From Geopsychrobacteraceae bacterium (GTDB taxonomy: Bacteria; Desulfobacterota; Desulfuromonadia; Desulfuromonadales; Geopsychrobacteraceae): 64,000 nt of DNA. How positions within the stretch are numbered: the first letter of the stretch is position 1; each line of letters starts with the position of its first letter. The stretch is from NCBI GenBank assembly GCA_963662315.1, contig OY759353.1, positions 3,008,001 through 3,072,000 on the forward strand, read 5' to 3'. The position numbers and the translations under genes are program-made. The notes beneath the pieces were generated by a model that saw only the letters and a program-made list of their open reading frames with translations, searched no databases and was not told where the DNA came from. Below are positions 9,435 to 20,060 of this stretch, piece by piece.

Positions 9435-10433
9435 TTAAAGTTGATCCATAATAATATGGGAATGGTCGCCGATGTTCATGCGCCGTGGAATCCCGCCGAG
9501 AGTGACGGCATCTCCGAGCAGGGAATGATCGAGAACCAGGTAGCTGACCTTGCCATTGGTGTTGATAATCGACTCACTGATGATGCTGTGCTCAATCTCA
9601 CTGCCGGCGGCGATGGAAACATTGGGACCCAGAATGGAATTGCGAACCACCGCTCCCGCTTCAATATGCACCGGTTCGATCAGCAGAGAATTCAGCACTT
9701 CACCATGAATGTGATGCCTGCCTTTCAGCAGGTAGCGATTGGTTTCGAGCAGGGTTTCCGGTTTGCCGCAATCGAGCCAGGCATCAATTTCGGGAGCCTT
9801 GAACTTCTGTCCCGAACCGATCATACGCATGAAAACGGCGGGCAGATAATATTCCCCTTTGACGGTCTCACCGGCGACGATGGTATCCTCGATCGCCTTG
9901 ATAAAACCCGCGCCATCCTTCAGATAGTAGAGGCCTACCTGCGCCAGGCGGGAAATCGGCGTATCCGGTTTTTCAACCATATCGACGATATAACCGTCTT
10001 TTATGACATTGACCCCGAAGCGCTGATAATCCTCGACTTCTTTGGAGTAGATCAACCCATCGGCCTCACTGCACAGTTTCGGAATGGCGCACAGATCGGT
10101 GACGAAAATGGTATCGTTGAAGACCACCAGCAGGTCATCCCCGGCTTGCACAGAAGGGGCGGCCAGGGCAACGGCATGAGCCGGTCCGAGGCGTTCCTGC
10201 TGAACATAGTAACTGCAGTTCAGGGCAGGAAATTTTTTGGCCATGAAATCTTCGATCTGCTGGCCGTTTTCGTCGGTAATAAAGATGTATTCTTCAACGT
10301 CAGCGGCCTGAAGACGTTCGATAATATGTTCAAGAACAGTTTTTCCGGCAACACTGACCAGAGATTTCGCTTTGGTATGCGTATGGGGACGCAAGCGGGT
10401 CCCTTTACCGGCAACTGGCAATACAGCTTTCAT
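9435..10433 (-). CDS. Sugar-phosphate nucleotidyltransferase (long glucose-1-P thymidylyltransferase-like form with left-handed beta-helix tail)
   Basis: AGKGTRLRPHT..K, VEKP, WLDCGK and a hexapeptide-like C-terminus. Confidence 0.85.
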   Translation of the reverse strand: MKAVLPVAGKGTRLRPHTHTKAKSLVSVAGKTVLEHIIERLQAADVEEYIFITDENGQQIEDFMAKKFPALNCSYYVQQERLGPAHAVALAAPSVQAGDDLLVVFNDTIFVTDLCAIPKLCSEADGLIYSKEVEDYQRFGVNVIKDGYIVDMVEKPDTPISRLAQVGLYYLKDGAGFIKAIEDTIVAGETVKGEYYLPAVFMRMIGSGQKFKAPEIDAWLDCGKPETLLETNRYLLKGRHHIHGEVLNSLLIEPVHIEAGAVVRNSILGPNVSIAAGSEIEHSIISESIINTNGKVSYLVLDHSLLGDAVTLGGIPRRMNIGDHSHIIMDQL

Positions 10434-10442
10434 AATACCCCC

Positions 10443-11054
10443 TTAAGAGTCTGTAGCGGATGACGCTAACGGTTTATTAAATCCATCAATATGTTTAAGC
10501 TTCTCAGCAAGACTTGAAAAAGCCGGATGTTTGCCCAGCGCGTTGAGCAGGAAACAACTGGCCAACCCGTTGAAAACACCACTGATCAGGGCGAACAACA
10601 GGAAAAACGGGAACAACATCCAGATCCCGGGGTGGCGGATAACAACCAGCCAGGCGATAATCATCTGGCCGACCACATGCCCCAGAGCACCAAGCACCGA
10701 AGCACCAACAGGCCCCAGACGATAACGCCCCAGGCCAAATCCAAGGGTCATCATAGCACAGGCCAGCAAGCCGCCGCCAAGAGAGAGTAAAAATCCCGGG
10801 CTGAACAAGCGCCCGAGCAGCAAACTGCCGAGGATAATGCGACTGATGGTAATCAGCCACAAGGCCCGGATGCCATAGCAGTATAACGCTGTCAGGCCGA
10901 GAATATTGGCGAGCCCCAGACGAAACCAGGGGACCGGATTAGGTAACAGGAATTCAAGAGTATTCAGCCCGATCGCCAGGGCCACAAACAGCGCCATGAA
11001 AACACGCTGACGCACAACTTCAAGCTCTTCGCCGTTAACGGCTGATAAAGTCAT
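10443..11054 (-). CDS. Gx transporter family membrane protein (often annotated as heptaprenyl diphosphate synthase component I)
   Basis: LEFLLPNPVPWFRLGLAN and SVLGALGHVVGQ, multiple TM helices, adjacent to a NusG-II gene. Confidence 0.8.
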   Translation of the reverse strand: MTLSAVNGEELEVVRQRVFMALFVALAIGLNTLEFLLPNPVPWFRLGLANILGLTALYCYGIRALWLITISRIILGSLLLGRLFSPGFLLSLGGGLLACAMMTLGFGLGRYRLGPVGASVLGALGHVVGQMIIAWLVVIRHPGIWMLFPFFLLFALISGVFNGLASCFLLNALGKHPAFSSLAEKLKHIDGFNKPLASSATDS

Positions 11055-11433
11055 GGGTCTGCTCCTTGTTGTGCCGCTCGTCCTCGATCTGAATCACGAT
11101 CTCATTGGGAGCACAGGCCACCACATCGCCATCTTGGTGAATTTCACCCATGCGGACACAGATTTTGTTAGCACATGGTGAAGAAATGACATGTGCTTTA
11201 TGATCTTTGATTTCCATGACCGTGGTACCGATACTCCCCTGCAGTTCGACAACCCGATCCTGATCCAGAGGAGCAACATAGATGACATCGTTGCCATGAG
11301 AGACAACAACCCGCGCTCCGGCCTGTTGTCGCAAAGGTAAGGCCAAGGCGGCGATGACCAGAAACGTAACGGTGGCAACAATAAAGCGGTCAAGAAGCGT
11401 CAGATAGCGTAACCAGGAAAATGCTTTAGCCAT
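11035..11433 (-). CDS. NusG domain II-containing exported protein
   Basis: One N-terminal TM helix and the Cys pattern SPCANKICV..G.I....VVACAPN. Confidence 0.85.
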   Translation of the reverse strand: MAKAFSWLRYLTLLDRFIVATVTFLVIAALALPLRQQAGARVVVSHGNDVIYVAPLDQDRVVELQGSIGTTVMEIKDHKAHVISSPCANKICVRMGEIHQDGDVVACAPNEIVIQIEDERHNKEQTHDFISR

Positions 11434-12410
11434 CAGGGCAACCCACTTGTCTTAATCAGGCTCCCGTCCAGAGCGACAATCAGACCTTCTACCCCATTTT
11501 TATCCTCGAGCATTTTCAGCCCCTGCTCGGGACCGAGCACGAAAGCCGCTGTTGCCAGGGCATCTGCGGTAGCGGCATCGGCAGCAATGACGGTTACACT
11601 TTGACAACGACGTGCCGGTGCCCCAGTAGCGGGATCAAAGATATGGTGGTAACGGAGACCGTCCCGATCAAAAAAACGCTCATAATCACCGGACGTCACC
11701 ACCGCACAGTTGGCCAGGGGTAACGTCACCAGGACCTCACCCTGTTTGCGAGGATGCTGAATACCGATGCGCCACGGCTGCCCCTGATGATCACCGATCA
11801 GGCTGATATCACCACCGGCATTGACAGCGGCCGAGGTGATACCGGCCTGCCGTAACAGGGCAACGACACGATCAACAGCATAGCCTTTGGCGATGCCGCC
11901 AAGATCAAGCTGCAGAGCAGGAGTGCTTTTGCTCACAACGCGGCCGTCAACCTGCAGGGCATCAGGCCCGATCCCAGTTACAGCCTGACGGCGTTCAGCA
12001 TCGGTCGGCACATAAGGGTGGTCGGTATTGATCCCCCACAGCTCTTTCAGCCGCCCCAGGGTCAGGTCAAACGCCCCATGACTAAGGTGCGCAATTTGCT
12101 GCCCGAGACGAATCAGGTCAGCCGTTTCCTGACTGACCGCTAACGGAGCATCCGCATGCGAAAGACGGCTGACGTCACTGTCATCGACATGTCGGGACAT
12201 CAGCTGTTCAATCCGGCTCATCTCGGCAAAAGCGGCATTGATCGCCTGATTCGCTTTGCTTTGATCGTGATCGTAGATCTTGATTTCGACCAGGGTCCCC
12301 ATGATCAGGGCGGTACGGTCAAGCGGCTCAGAGAGTCGCTCATAACGATACCAGCCGAATATCACCACAACGAGGACCAGCGCAATCAGCAACGCTGATT
12401 TTTTTACCAT
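11433..12410 (-). CDS. apbE: FAD:protein FMN transferase
   Basis: MGT, DLGGIAKGYAVD, NAGGD, TSGDYER, HHIFDP and ADALATA. Confidence 0.93.
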   Translation of the reverse strand: MVKKSALLIALVLVVVIFGWYRYERLSEPLDRTALIMGTLVEIKIYDHDQSKANQAINAAFAEMSRIEQLMSRHVDDSDVSRLSHADAPLAVSQETADLIRLGQQIAHLSHGAFDLTLGRLKELWGINTDHPYVPTDAERRQAVTGIGPDALQVDGRVVSKSTPALQLDLGGIAKGYAVDRVVALLRQAGITSAAVNAGGDISLIGDHQGQPWRIGIQHPRKQGEVLVTLPLANCAVVTSGDYERFFDRDGLRYHHIFDPATGAPARRCQSVTVIAADAATADALATAAFVLGPEQGLKMLEDKNGVEGLIVALDGSLIKTSGLP

Positions 12411-12416
12411 GTGCTG

Positions 12417-13757
12417 TTACTCCTCAAGCATTTCGCCAATCAGGTCGTATTCCGAAGAATCGGTGATTTTCAGCTGTATGAAGTCACCGACATTGGCAAA
12501 ACCAGAGGTAATCAGGTAGTGACCATCGATGTCCGGAGCCTGCCGGGCACTGCGCCCTTTAAGCAGCAGATCGGTCTCTTCACTGTACCCTTCAACCAGC
12601 ACCTGTTCAACCTTACCAACGAGCGCACGGTTTTTGGCAAAAGAAACCCGTGCTTGTGCCTTCATCAGTCGATTCAGGCGGCTCTTTTTGCTCTGTGCGG
12701 GAATCTGGCCGGGAAATTCAGCGGCCGGCGTTCCCTCTTCACGGGAATAGCGAAACACCCCGACCCGTTCGAAGTGCCCTTCTTCGACAAACTTCTGCAA
12801 TTTATCAAACTGCTCGCGGGTTTCACCGGGGAAACCGACAATAAACGAGGTCCGCAAGGTCAGGTCCGGAATCTGCTTACGCATCCGCGCCAACAGCGCC
12901 CGGGTATCCGTTTCGCCAAGCCGGCGATTCATCTGTTTAAGTATGGTGTCATCGATGTGCTGCAGTGGCAAATCGAGATATTTACAAATTTTGTCTTCTG
13001 TCGCCATCAGCTCAATCAGCTCATCGCTGACCCCTTCGGGATAAGCATAAAGCAGGCGTAACCAGACCAGATCGTCAATTTTCACCAGCTCCCGCAACAA
13101 TGCCTCCAGGGTCGCCCCGTCCTCACGGTCACGACCGTAGGCGGTGATATCCTGAGCAATCAGGTTGATTTCCTTGACCCCCTGAGCCGTCAGACTGCGA
13201 ACTTCCGCCACGACAGATTCGATACTGCGGGAACGCAGGTCACCACGCAGCTGGGGAATAATGCAATAGGAACAGCGATTAGAACAACCCTCCGCAATTT
13301 TTACATAACTGGTATACAGCGGTGATGAGTTGACCCGTGGCGTCAGATGATCGTAAAGATAATCGGGGGTACCAACTTCCAGAGCCGACCCCTCATGACC
13401 GAAGTGGCGATCAATCAACTCAACGATCCGTGCCCCTTCCGATACACCGATAAACAGATCGACTTCGGGGAGTTGTTCCTGCAGCTGCTCCTTGTAACGC
13501 TGGGGCAGACAGCCGGACACGATGAGCATTTTACAGTTCCCTTCCTCCTTGTAATCTGCGACTTCCAGAATCGTATCGATCGACTCTTCTTTGGCGTCGT
13601 TGATAAAGGAGCAGGTATTGACGACAATAATGTCGGCCTGACTTTCATCGATAATGATTTCAAAACGTTCGGCGGGCAGATGGCCGAGCATAACCTCGGC
13701 ATCGACCAGATTTTTCGGGCAGCCGAGGCTGACCAGGCTGATTTTCAATGTTTCCAC
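12417..13757 (-). CDS. rimO: Ribosomal protein S12 methylthiotransferase
   Basis: [10 protein letters not shown], radical-SAM motif [13 protein letters not shown] and TRAM-domain APDIDG. Confidence 0.95.
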   Translation of the reverse strand: METLKISLVSLGCPKNLVDAEVMLGHLPAERFEIIIDESQADIIVVNTCSFINDAKEESIDTILEVADYKEEGNCKMLIVSGCLPQRYKEQLQEQLPEVDLFIGVSEGARIVELIDRHFGHEGSALEVGTPDYLYDHLTPRVNSSPLYTSYVKIAEGCSNRCSYCIIPQLRGDLRSRSIESVVAEVRSLTAQGVKEINLIAQDITAYGRDREDGATLEALLRELVKIDDLVWLRLLYAYPEGVSDELIELMATEDKICKYLDLPLQHIDDTILKQMNRRLGETDTRALLARMRKQIPDLTLRTSFIVGFPGETREQFDKLQKFVEEGHFERVGVFRYSREEGTPAAEFPGQIPAQSKKSRLNRLMKAQARVSFAKNRALVGKVEQVLVEGYSEETDLLLKGRSARQAPDIDGHYLITSGFANVGDFIQLKITDSSEYDLIGEMLEE

Positions 13758-13786
13758 GTTTTATTCCTGCTGACTAGCGAGATCTC

Positions 13787-14272
13787 TTATGATCTCATAT
13801 TCTCAAATTGCAGTTCGATACCCAGGTCCTGCCCTTTCAGGGACTGGATAACTTCCTGCAGATCATCAATTTTTTTCCCGGAGACACGCACCTGATCTTC
13901 CATGATCTGGGCCTGTACCTTAAGCTTGCTATCCTTAATAAATTTAACGATTTCTTTTCCTTTTTCTTTGCTGATCCCCTGCACTATGGCCGCGCGCACT
14001 CGCACAGCACCGCCGGATGCCGGCTCTTCCTTGCCATAATCAAAACATTTTGGCGAGACATTGCGCCTGACCAGTTTACCAATGAGAATATCCTTGATCG
14101 CCTGCAGCTTGTATTCATCAGCCGCCAGAATCCGCAGACTGTCCTTTTCCAACTCAACTTCATTGGTGGTTCCTTTAAAATCGTAGCGCTGGGCAATCTC
14201 TTTAACGGCCTGATTGACGGCATTATCGACTTCCTGCATATCCACCTTGGAAACAATATCAAAACTCGGCAT
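13787..14272 (-). CDS. yajQ: YajQ-family nucleotide/c-di-GMP-binding protein
   Basis: MPSFDIVSK start with GGAG upstream, RYDFKG and [12 protein letters not shown]. Confidence 0.93.
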   Translation of the reverse strand: MPSFDIVSKVDMQEVDNAVNQAVKEIAQRYDFKGTTNEVELEKDSLRILAADEYKLQAIKDILIGKLVRRNVSPKCFDYGKEEPASGGAVRVRAAIVQGISKEKGKEIVKFIKDSKLKVQAQIMEDQVRVSGKKIDDLQEVIQSLKGQDLGIELQFENMRS

Positions 14273-14423
14273 CGCGTTCTTACTCCTTTTCAAAATACAG
14301 GATAACCGCCCCTAAGATACGGTCATGGAATAGCTTAACTATTTAAAGAATCGAAGGTTTATACCACAATTTCCATTATGAGCAAACGCCGGAGAGGAAA
14401 ATTCAAGGAAAAAACAGTGCCGT

Positions 14424-15182
14424 CTATTGAAAACTCAATTGCTCCGCAGGGGTCAATACCTCTACACCATCAGGTTTGCTAAATGCAAAAAAACTGGCTT
14501 CGAGTCCCGGGTTAATCCTGATCTGGGAAAATTCGATGGCGGTGCTGTTCCCCTGCACATCGGTCACTGTCGTCTCAACCAGAGGGAACAGTGCCGCAGC
14601 GTTTTCCTTCTGTTGCAGGTCAACGGCAGCTTTCAGGACCACGACCTCCATGCCGGCAAACTGGGTTGACGGTTGGTGGGGAACCAGAACCAGACGATAA
14701 TTGCCCTTGGCATCAGTGGCCGGTGTACCACTGGTGATGACGAAATCACGCGAAAGGTTCTCCAGGTTGCTTAAAAAGGTCACCGGATTCTGCCCCTGCT
14801 GTTCTACCTGGCTGATATCACTCTCAATAACCTGACGATTCTCCGGCAGGTAGACCCACATCATCTTACCGTCAGAAATTATTTCCTGGACTGCCGGCTC
14901 TGTGTAGCTCCAGCGAAACAGAGCGACAGAGCGCCTGTTTTTTGAGCCACGGACAAATTTGAAGCTGACCGTGCCACTGCCACGCTGTTCGCGATTAATC
15001 GAAGCAATATGGGAGCGTTGGGCAAAGTCGGCCTGAAAATCATGAATCTGTCTGGCTGCGGGCGTATTTTGAGAAAAAGGATCCTGTAATGCTTTTACAA
15101 CCGCCTCCAGTGACGGGGCTGCGCACCAGGCACTCGTTACCGTTAACAATAGTATTATCACCATCAAATTGACATATTTCAT
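14424..15182 (-). CDS. lolA: Outer-membrane lipoprotein carrier LolA-like protein
   Basis: Signal peptide, FQADFAQ and FRWSYTEP..QEIISDGKMMWVYLPENRQV. GAGG lies upstream of ATG 15182. Confidence 0.8.
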   Translation of the reverse strand: MKYVNLMVIILLLTVTSAWCAAPSLEAVVKALQDPFSQNTPAARQIHDFQADFAQRSHIASINREQRGSGTVSFKFVRGSKNRRSVALFRWSYTEPAVQEIISDGKMMWVYLPENRQVIESDISQVEQQGQNPVTFLSNLENLSRDFVITSGTPATDAKGNYRLVLVPHQPSTQFAGMEVVVLKAAVDLQQKENAAALFPLVETTVTDVQGNSTAIEFSQIRINPGLEASFFAFSKPDGVEVLTPAEQLSFQ

Positions 15183-15309
15183 GTATTTAAATTCCTCACA
15201 AGCCACCGACAAATGCAAAACCGGCACTGGTCGTAGATGGATAAAATATTTAAAAGTGTGATTCTAACAGATTTCAAAGAGAGGTGATACTGCTGAAGCT
15301 ATTAAACAA

Positions 15310-15798
15310 CTAATCGGTCATGGACCAATAGACCTTGATGTGATGCATTTCCTCGTTAGTCTCAGGCCAAACACTGATAACGACCGTCTCGTTGACATTC
15401 GTCGGCACACTGGTCATGGTGTGTGGCGGATGCAATTGACAGGACAAAGCTAATTGCTCTTCGCATGCCATAACCAACCCCGAAGCCAGAATGTTTCCCA
15501 ATTCCTGCAAAGCGGACAGCCCCAGTCTGGATAACGGCAGAGTCTGTTCATGACCAAGCATGCGGGTCGCTAGAAAACATCCCGCTGCCGCAGAAAAAGC
15601 CAGCACCAACGAGCCATTCACTTCACCGGTCAAGGGCAGACAGATAACCAGATCGGTGCCGCCACTTGGTGCCGCTGGTTCCGGTACCTTGATGTCCAGT
15701 TCACATCCAATCCAGGTGGAAACAGCCTTCACGACTTGTGGCAGGGTCTGTAACAGCAGATCTCCCTGCCCAGCGCTATACGCTTGTACTGCTGTCAT
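15310..15798 (-). CDS. CheC/CheX-family CheY-P phosphatase
   Basis: Contains SALQELGNIL (S-x3-E-x2-N) and lies directly after cheA. Confidence 0.75.
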   Translation of the reverse strand: MTAVQAYSAGQGDLLLQTLPQVVKAVSTWIGCELDIKVPEPAAPSGGTDLVICLPLTGEVNGSLVLAFSAAAGCFLATRMLGHEQTLPLSRLGLSALQELGNILASGLVMACEEQLALSCQLHPPHTMTSVPTNVNETVVISVWPETNEEMHHIKVYWSMTD

Positions 15799-15800
15799 TA

Positions 15801-17654
15801 TCAGCTCCGGATTTTTTCAAGAAGTGATTGCAGGTCAAGAACGAAAACAATGTGCCCGTTTCCCAGCATCGTCGCACCACTACACCCTTTTAACTGATCA
15901 AAAGGAGCGGCTAAACGCTGGACATAGACCTCCCGCTGACCAATCAGGGCATCTACCACCAGACCAACCCGCCGACCCAGGACTTCCGCAACGACCACGG
16001 GTAATGGGTCGCTGAGCGGCCCTTTTGTTGAATAATCGAGTATTTTGTGCAAGGACAAGAGTGGCAGCAGCTTGCCTTTGAATTCGATGACCCGCTGACG
16101 ACCACTGCGCTGAATCTCCGCCCGGTCCACTTCCAGGGTCTGCACAATACGACTGATCGGTATGGCCAAAGACACTCCTGCAACCGAAACCAGTAGAACT
16201 CGAATAAGTGCCAGAGACAACGGCAGTTTCATCACCATCCGGGTTCCTGGAGTACCAGGAACAGAAATAATTTCGAGGATGCCGCCAATCTTCTCGACCG
16301 CAGTTTTTACCACATCCATACCAACACCGCGACCGGAGGTGCCGGTAATCTTCTCAGCCGTAGAAAAGCCCGGCAGACAGATCAGCTGCAAGACGTCATA
16401 GTCACGCAGTGCCTGTAGCTGCTGTTCATTAACCAGACCGCGCTCAAGAGCTTTCTCCCTGATTTTCTGAGCATCTATACCTTGCCCGTTATCAGCAACC
16501 TCCAGCATGACCAGGTCCCGCTCGCGCACCGCTTTTACGCTTATCGTCCCCTGCTCTGCAATGCCATGGTCAAGCGCATTACGCACCAGGTGAATAAGCG
16601 GATCAGTCAACGCCTCGACAATAGCACGATCTAACTCGATAGCTGCCCCTTCCAGCTTCAGCTCAATATTTTTCCCGCTGCTGCGTGCCAGGTCGCGGAC
16701 CGTCCTGGCGACCCGCACAAACAGGTTTTCCAGGGACAGCATACGCACCTGCAGCACCTGATGCTGCAGATTTTTGACCAGCCTGGTCAGTTGCGCGACC
16801 CCGTCATCAACATCCTTCCAGCTGTGCTGTTTGACGGCACTCTGTAAATGATAACGGGTGGTGATCAGCTCGCCGGTCAGGTGAATAAAATTGTCAAGTA
16901 ACTCGGTATTGACCCGTACGGTTACCCCGGATGGTGCCTTCAGTGCTGGCGCCATCGCTACCGGCTGAGGGAAAGCATCGGGAAAGGTGATTTCTTTAAT
17001 TTCGCTGTAGTTTTTGAAATAGTCATTGATCTGGTCTGGCGGCAACGTGGTTTCCAGTTTGACAATAAGTTCTCTGCCACTGTCATTACCGTTTAATAAA
17101 GCGGTTTCTGCGGGACGCGATTCAACGATTTTCCCCAACTGCCCCAATGTTTTCAGAAGCACCAGCAGGCGTGCTCCCGAAGCAGGCGTTGAGGCATCGA
17201 GAAGCACCCGGACAAACAGCAGCGGATCATCGAAATCAATCAGGACCAACCCGTCATCATCCTGAACCGGTTGCCCTTCCGCCCCCACGGTTTCATCACA
17301 TTGACCATCAGTAAATGAATTGACCTCACGCTCCGGCTGTCCACTGCGAATATCAGTCATCAGCGCCTCAAGCAGGTCGACTCCACTGAGGACCTTGTCG
17401 ATTTGCTCCGGCCCGATATGCCCGGCCTGACGGCAGGTATCAAGAATATCTTCCAGATGATGAGCCAGATTGGCGGTATGACCAAAGTTCATGGTTCCCG
17501 CCATCCCCTTGATGGAGTGGGCATTACGGAACAGAGCATCAATCCCGCTGCGATTGCCGGGATCCGCCTCAAGCGTTATCAGCGTTGTGGTCATCTGACG
17601 TAGATGATCATCCGCTTCGGCCAGGAACATCTCTCTGAATTTAGCCATGTCCAT
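15801..17654 (-). CDS. cheA: Chemotaxis histidine kinase
   Basis: P1 FRNAHSIKG, HLVRNALDHG, SGRGVGMDVV and a C-terminal CheW-like domain. Confidence 0.95.
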   Translation of the reverse strand: MDMAKFREMFLAEADDHLRQMTTTLITLEADPGNRSGIDALFRNAHSIKGMAGTMNFGHTANLAHHLEDILDTCRQAGHIGPEQIDKVLSGVDLLEALMTDIRSGQPEREVNSFTDGQCDETVGAEGQPVQDDDGLVLIDFDDPLLFVRVLLDASTPASGARLLVLLKTLGQLGKIVESRPAETALLNGNDSGRELIVKLETTLPPDQINDYFKNYSEIKEITFPDAFPQPVAMAPALKAPSGVTVRVNTELLDNFIHLTGELITTRYHLQSAVKQHSWKDVDDGVAQLTRLVKNLQHQVLQVRMLSLENLFVRVARTVRDLARSSGKNIELKLEGAAIELDRAIVEALTDPLIHLVRNALDHGIAEQGTISVKAVRERDLVMLEVADNGQGIDAQKIREKALERGLVNEQQLQALRDYDVLQLICLPGFSTAEKITGTSGRGVGMDVVKTAVEKIGGILEIISVPGTPGTRMVMKLPLSLALIRVLLVSVAGVSLAIPISRIVQTLEVDRAEIQRSGRQRVIEFKGKLLPLLSLHKILDYSTKGPLSDPLPVVVAEVLGRRVGLVVDALIGQREVYVQRLAAPFDQLKGCSGATMLGNGHIVFVLDLQSLLEKIRS

Positions 17655-17755
17655 ACTTTAAACTTTCACCTGCTGCCCCCTGTGATCTCAATCCTTCAGA
17701 GGTTACGATCACATATGCCCGGTTTGAGGATCCTCACCGTGCGTAGTTTCACCTG

Positions 17756-18121
17756 CTACTGCACAAAAACCCGCTCGGCGATTTCGACCACCTGTTCGCT
17801 TTTAAACGGTTTAACGATAAAATCTTTCGCCCCCGCGGCAATCGCTTCCATAATCAGATTTTTCTGTCCTAACGCGCTGCAGACGACAACTTTGGCTTTA
17901 TGATCGAAATGAATGATATTTTTCAATGCCTCGATACCACCACTACCCGGCATGACAATGTCCATCGTCACCAGGTCCGGTTTCATGATCTTATATTCTG
18001 CGAGCGCTTCTTCACCATTTTCCGCAGTGCTGACAACCTGCCAACCTGCCGTTTCAAAAATATCCTGCAGTAATTCACGCATAAAAAATGCATCATCAAC
18101 AATCAGAACCCGCTTAACCAT
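17756..18121 (-). CDS. cheY: Chemotaxis response regulator
   Basis: Single receiver domain (LIVDD, VTMD, FIVKPF) within the che cluster. GGAGG precedes ATG 18121. Confidence 0.9.
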   Translation of the reverse strand: MVKRVLIVDDAFFMRELLQDIFETAGWQVVSTAENGEEALAEYKIMKPDLVTMDIVMPGSGGIEALKNIIHFDHKAKVVVCSALGQKNLIMEAIAAGAKDFIVKPFKSEQVVEIAERVFVQ

Positions 18122-18122
18122 A

Positions 18123-18554
18123 CTAACCTCCATGCTGCAAACAGAGCTGCTTGATCCTGCTCCGCACTTTTTCCAGATCCAGCAGGTTGATCATTTCCCC
18201 CCGTGAGCTGATCACCTCTTTTATATAGTTCCCCCCATCTTCGTGACCCAGATGCTTTATCTGAGATATCTCAACACTGATAATTGCTTTCAGCTGATCT
18301 ACAGCCAAAGCGATGGGACCATACTCATTGGTCAGCACAATATAACGCGGACACAGATTCTGCTCTCCGAGACCAAGCAATAATGGCAGACTGATCAGCG
18401 GCACGATACGACCGTGAAATCCGATTGCGCCCCGAATCATATTGGGGGCAGCGGGAAATGGAAATACTCCGGTATTTTCAACCACCTCCTGAATAGCATT
18501 TAGATCCAGCGCGTAACTTTCCAGACCGAGCCGAAACGGTAATAGCTGGATCAT
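18123..18554 (-). CDS. cheW: Chemotaxis adaptor
   Basis: [26 protein letters not shown] and LAVD. Located between the MCP gene and cheY. Confidence 0.85.
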   Translation of the reverse strand: MIQLLPFRLGLESYALDLNAIQEVVENTGVFPFPAAPNMIRGAIGFHGRIVPLISLPLLLGLGEQNLCPRYIVLTNEYGPIALAVDQLKAIISVEISQIKHLGHEDGGNYIKEVISSRGEMINLLDLEKVRSRIKQLCLQHGG

Positions 18555-19846
18555 ACACGATCCTGATCCTGACTCTGGCCCACCCCGAGATTAAACTGGC
18601 TGACCGACGTCAACAGATCCTCTGCGAGTTTTGACAACCGCTGCGAAGCGAAGGTCATCTCTTCCATTGACGCTGTCTGCTCTTCGGTCGCAGCTGAAAC
18701 CTCTTCGGTGGACGCCGCGTTGTCTTCGGTCACCCGGGCAATCTCTTCGATTGCGGTCACAATGGCTTGGGCCCCTTCACGCTGTTTCTCCGTCAGATCG
18801 CGAATCGATACGGCTCTTCCCTGAGCCGCTTCAACCTTACTGATGATCACCTTAAAGGCGTTACCGGTGACATCAACAGCTTCACGTCCGGCATCAATGG
18901 CTTTCACACTTTCTGCCATTGAATGCTGCACTTTTAGACTCTGCTCCCGGGTCCCTTCGATCAGTCTGGTTATTTCACCTGCCGAAGTACTGGTGCTGTC
19001 CGCCAGTTTACTGACTTCCTCGGCGACAACAGCAAAGCCGTGTCCATACTCCCCGGCCCGGGCCGCTTCGATCGTGGCATTTAACGCCAACAGATTGGTT
19101 TTCTGGGCGATACTGGTAATTACGTCGATAATGGTGCCGATTTTCTGCACCTGATCATTAAACGAAGAGATCAGGGTTGCGTTCTCTTCAATACGCCCCA
19201 GCACCTGCTTCAGGTTATCCAAAGCTTTCTCGGTCATGGCGCCGCCCTGGCGTGCGGACATGGTCGTTTCTTCTGACGAAGTTAACAATTTACCCGCTGA
19301 ACCGGCCACCAGGTCGATCTGTTCCGCCATTTCCCGAATGACCCGCGTGGCACGTTCGACCATTTCCGCCTGGGTTTCTGCTCCCTGACTGATCTGCTCT
19401 ATAGAACCTGCCACTTCATGAGCCGTTGCCGTCATCTGTTCAGTGGTTGTCGCCAGGGCCAGCGAGGATTCGTTGACATTGACCGAGCTGGAACGAATCT
19501 GCCCCACCAGATGACGTAAACTGTTGACAACCAGATTAAGTGAATTAGCCAGGTCTTCCGTTTCGTCAGAGAAAAGTGCTTTTGGCAAGCGCACCTTGCG
19601 GCTCAGATCACCATCCCCCAGACGCTCGGCAGCTGTTGTTAGAATTCGGATCTTCGCCGTAAAATTCCGGGAAAACAGCCAGCCAAAAATCAACCCCACC
19701 AGCAAGGCACCGACAATGGTTATCCATTGGTAGGTCCACTCTGGCAAATCCATCTTCGGAACCAGCAGATTAAGCAGCACCACCGAAGCGACTACAACAA
19801 TAAATCCAATGACAAATTTATAGCTGATTTCAACCCGCATTTTCAT
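18551..19846 (-). CDS. Methyl-accepting chemotaxis protein with minimal periplasmic loop (DifA-like)
   Basis: Two closely spaced TM helices, a HAMP domain and the hairpin tip [29 protein letters not shown]. Confidence 0.93.
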   Translation of the reverse strand: MKMRVEISYKFVIGFIVVVASVVLLNLLVPKMDLPEWTYQWITIVGALLVGLIFGWLFSRNFTAKIRILTTAAERLGDGDLSRKVRLPKALFSDETEDLANSLNLVVNSLRHLVGQIRSSSVNVNESSLALATTTEQMTATAHEVAGSIEQISQGAETQAEMVERATRVIREMAEQIDLVAGSAGKLLTSSEETTMSARQGGAMTEKALDNLKQVLGRIEENATLISSFNDQVQKIGTIIDVITSIAQKTNLLALNATIEAARAGEYGHGFAVVAEEVSKLADSTSTSAGEITRLIEGTREQSLKVQHSMAESVKAIDAGREAVDVTGNAFKVIISKVEAAQGRAVSIRDLTEKQREGAQAIVTAIEEIARVTEDNAASTEEVSAATEEQTASMEEMTFASQRLSKLAEDLLTSVSQFNLGVGQSQDQDRV

Positions 19847-20060
19847 TTCTCCTTATGGTGACATCCCCCTGCCACCTGCTTGGTTCTATCCAATGCCGTT
19901 AAGGCAAATCTACTCTTCTGGTGTTCAGAATGGAAACGTGCAATTTTTCGCAAGGTCCAGGTAATCAAGTATTTGAGCGAAAAAAATAGTCCTTTACACT
20001 GCTCAATCAAATGCGCTGCATGCCGCAGAGGTTGGTGAAAGGGCCGTTTCCGGATGAAAA

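Noticed and set aside
9441..10463. 340-aa plus-strand ORF, and similar antisense ORFs at 2494-3111, 8425-9021, 12411-13061, 13347-13895, 13808-14305, 22644-23141 and 51589-52137
   Set aside because: They are antisense shadows of well-identified genes and contain no recognisable motifs.
19847..20060. Possible cyclic-dinucleotide (GEMM) riboswitch before the MCP gene; 28966-29094 before the cytochrome c gene was checked too
   Set aside because: I could not find the GEMM core elements by eye. An Rfam covariance search would be needed to exclude this formally.
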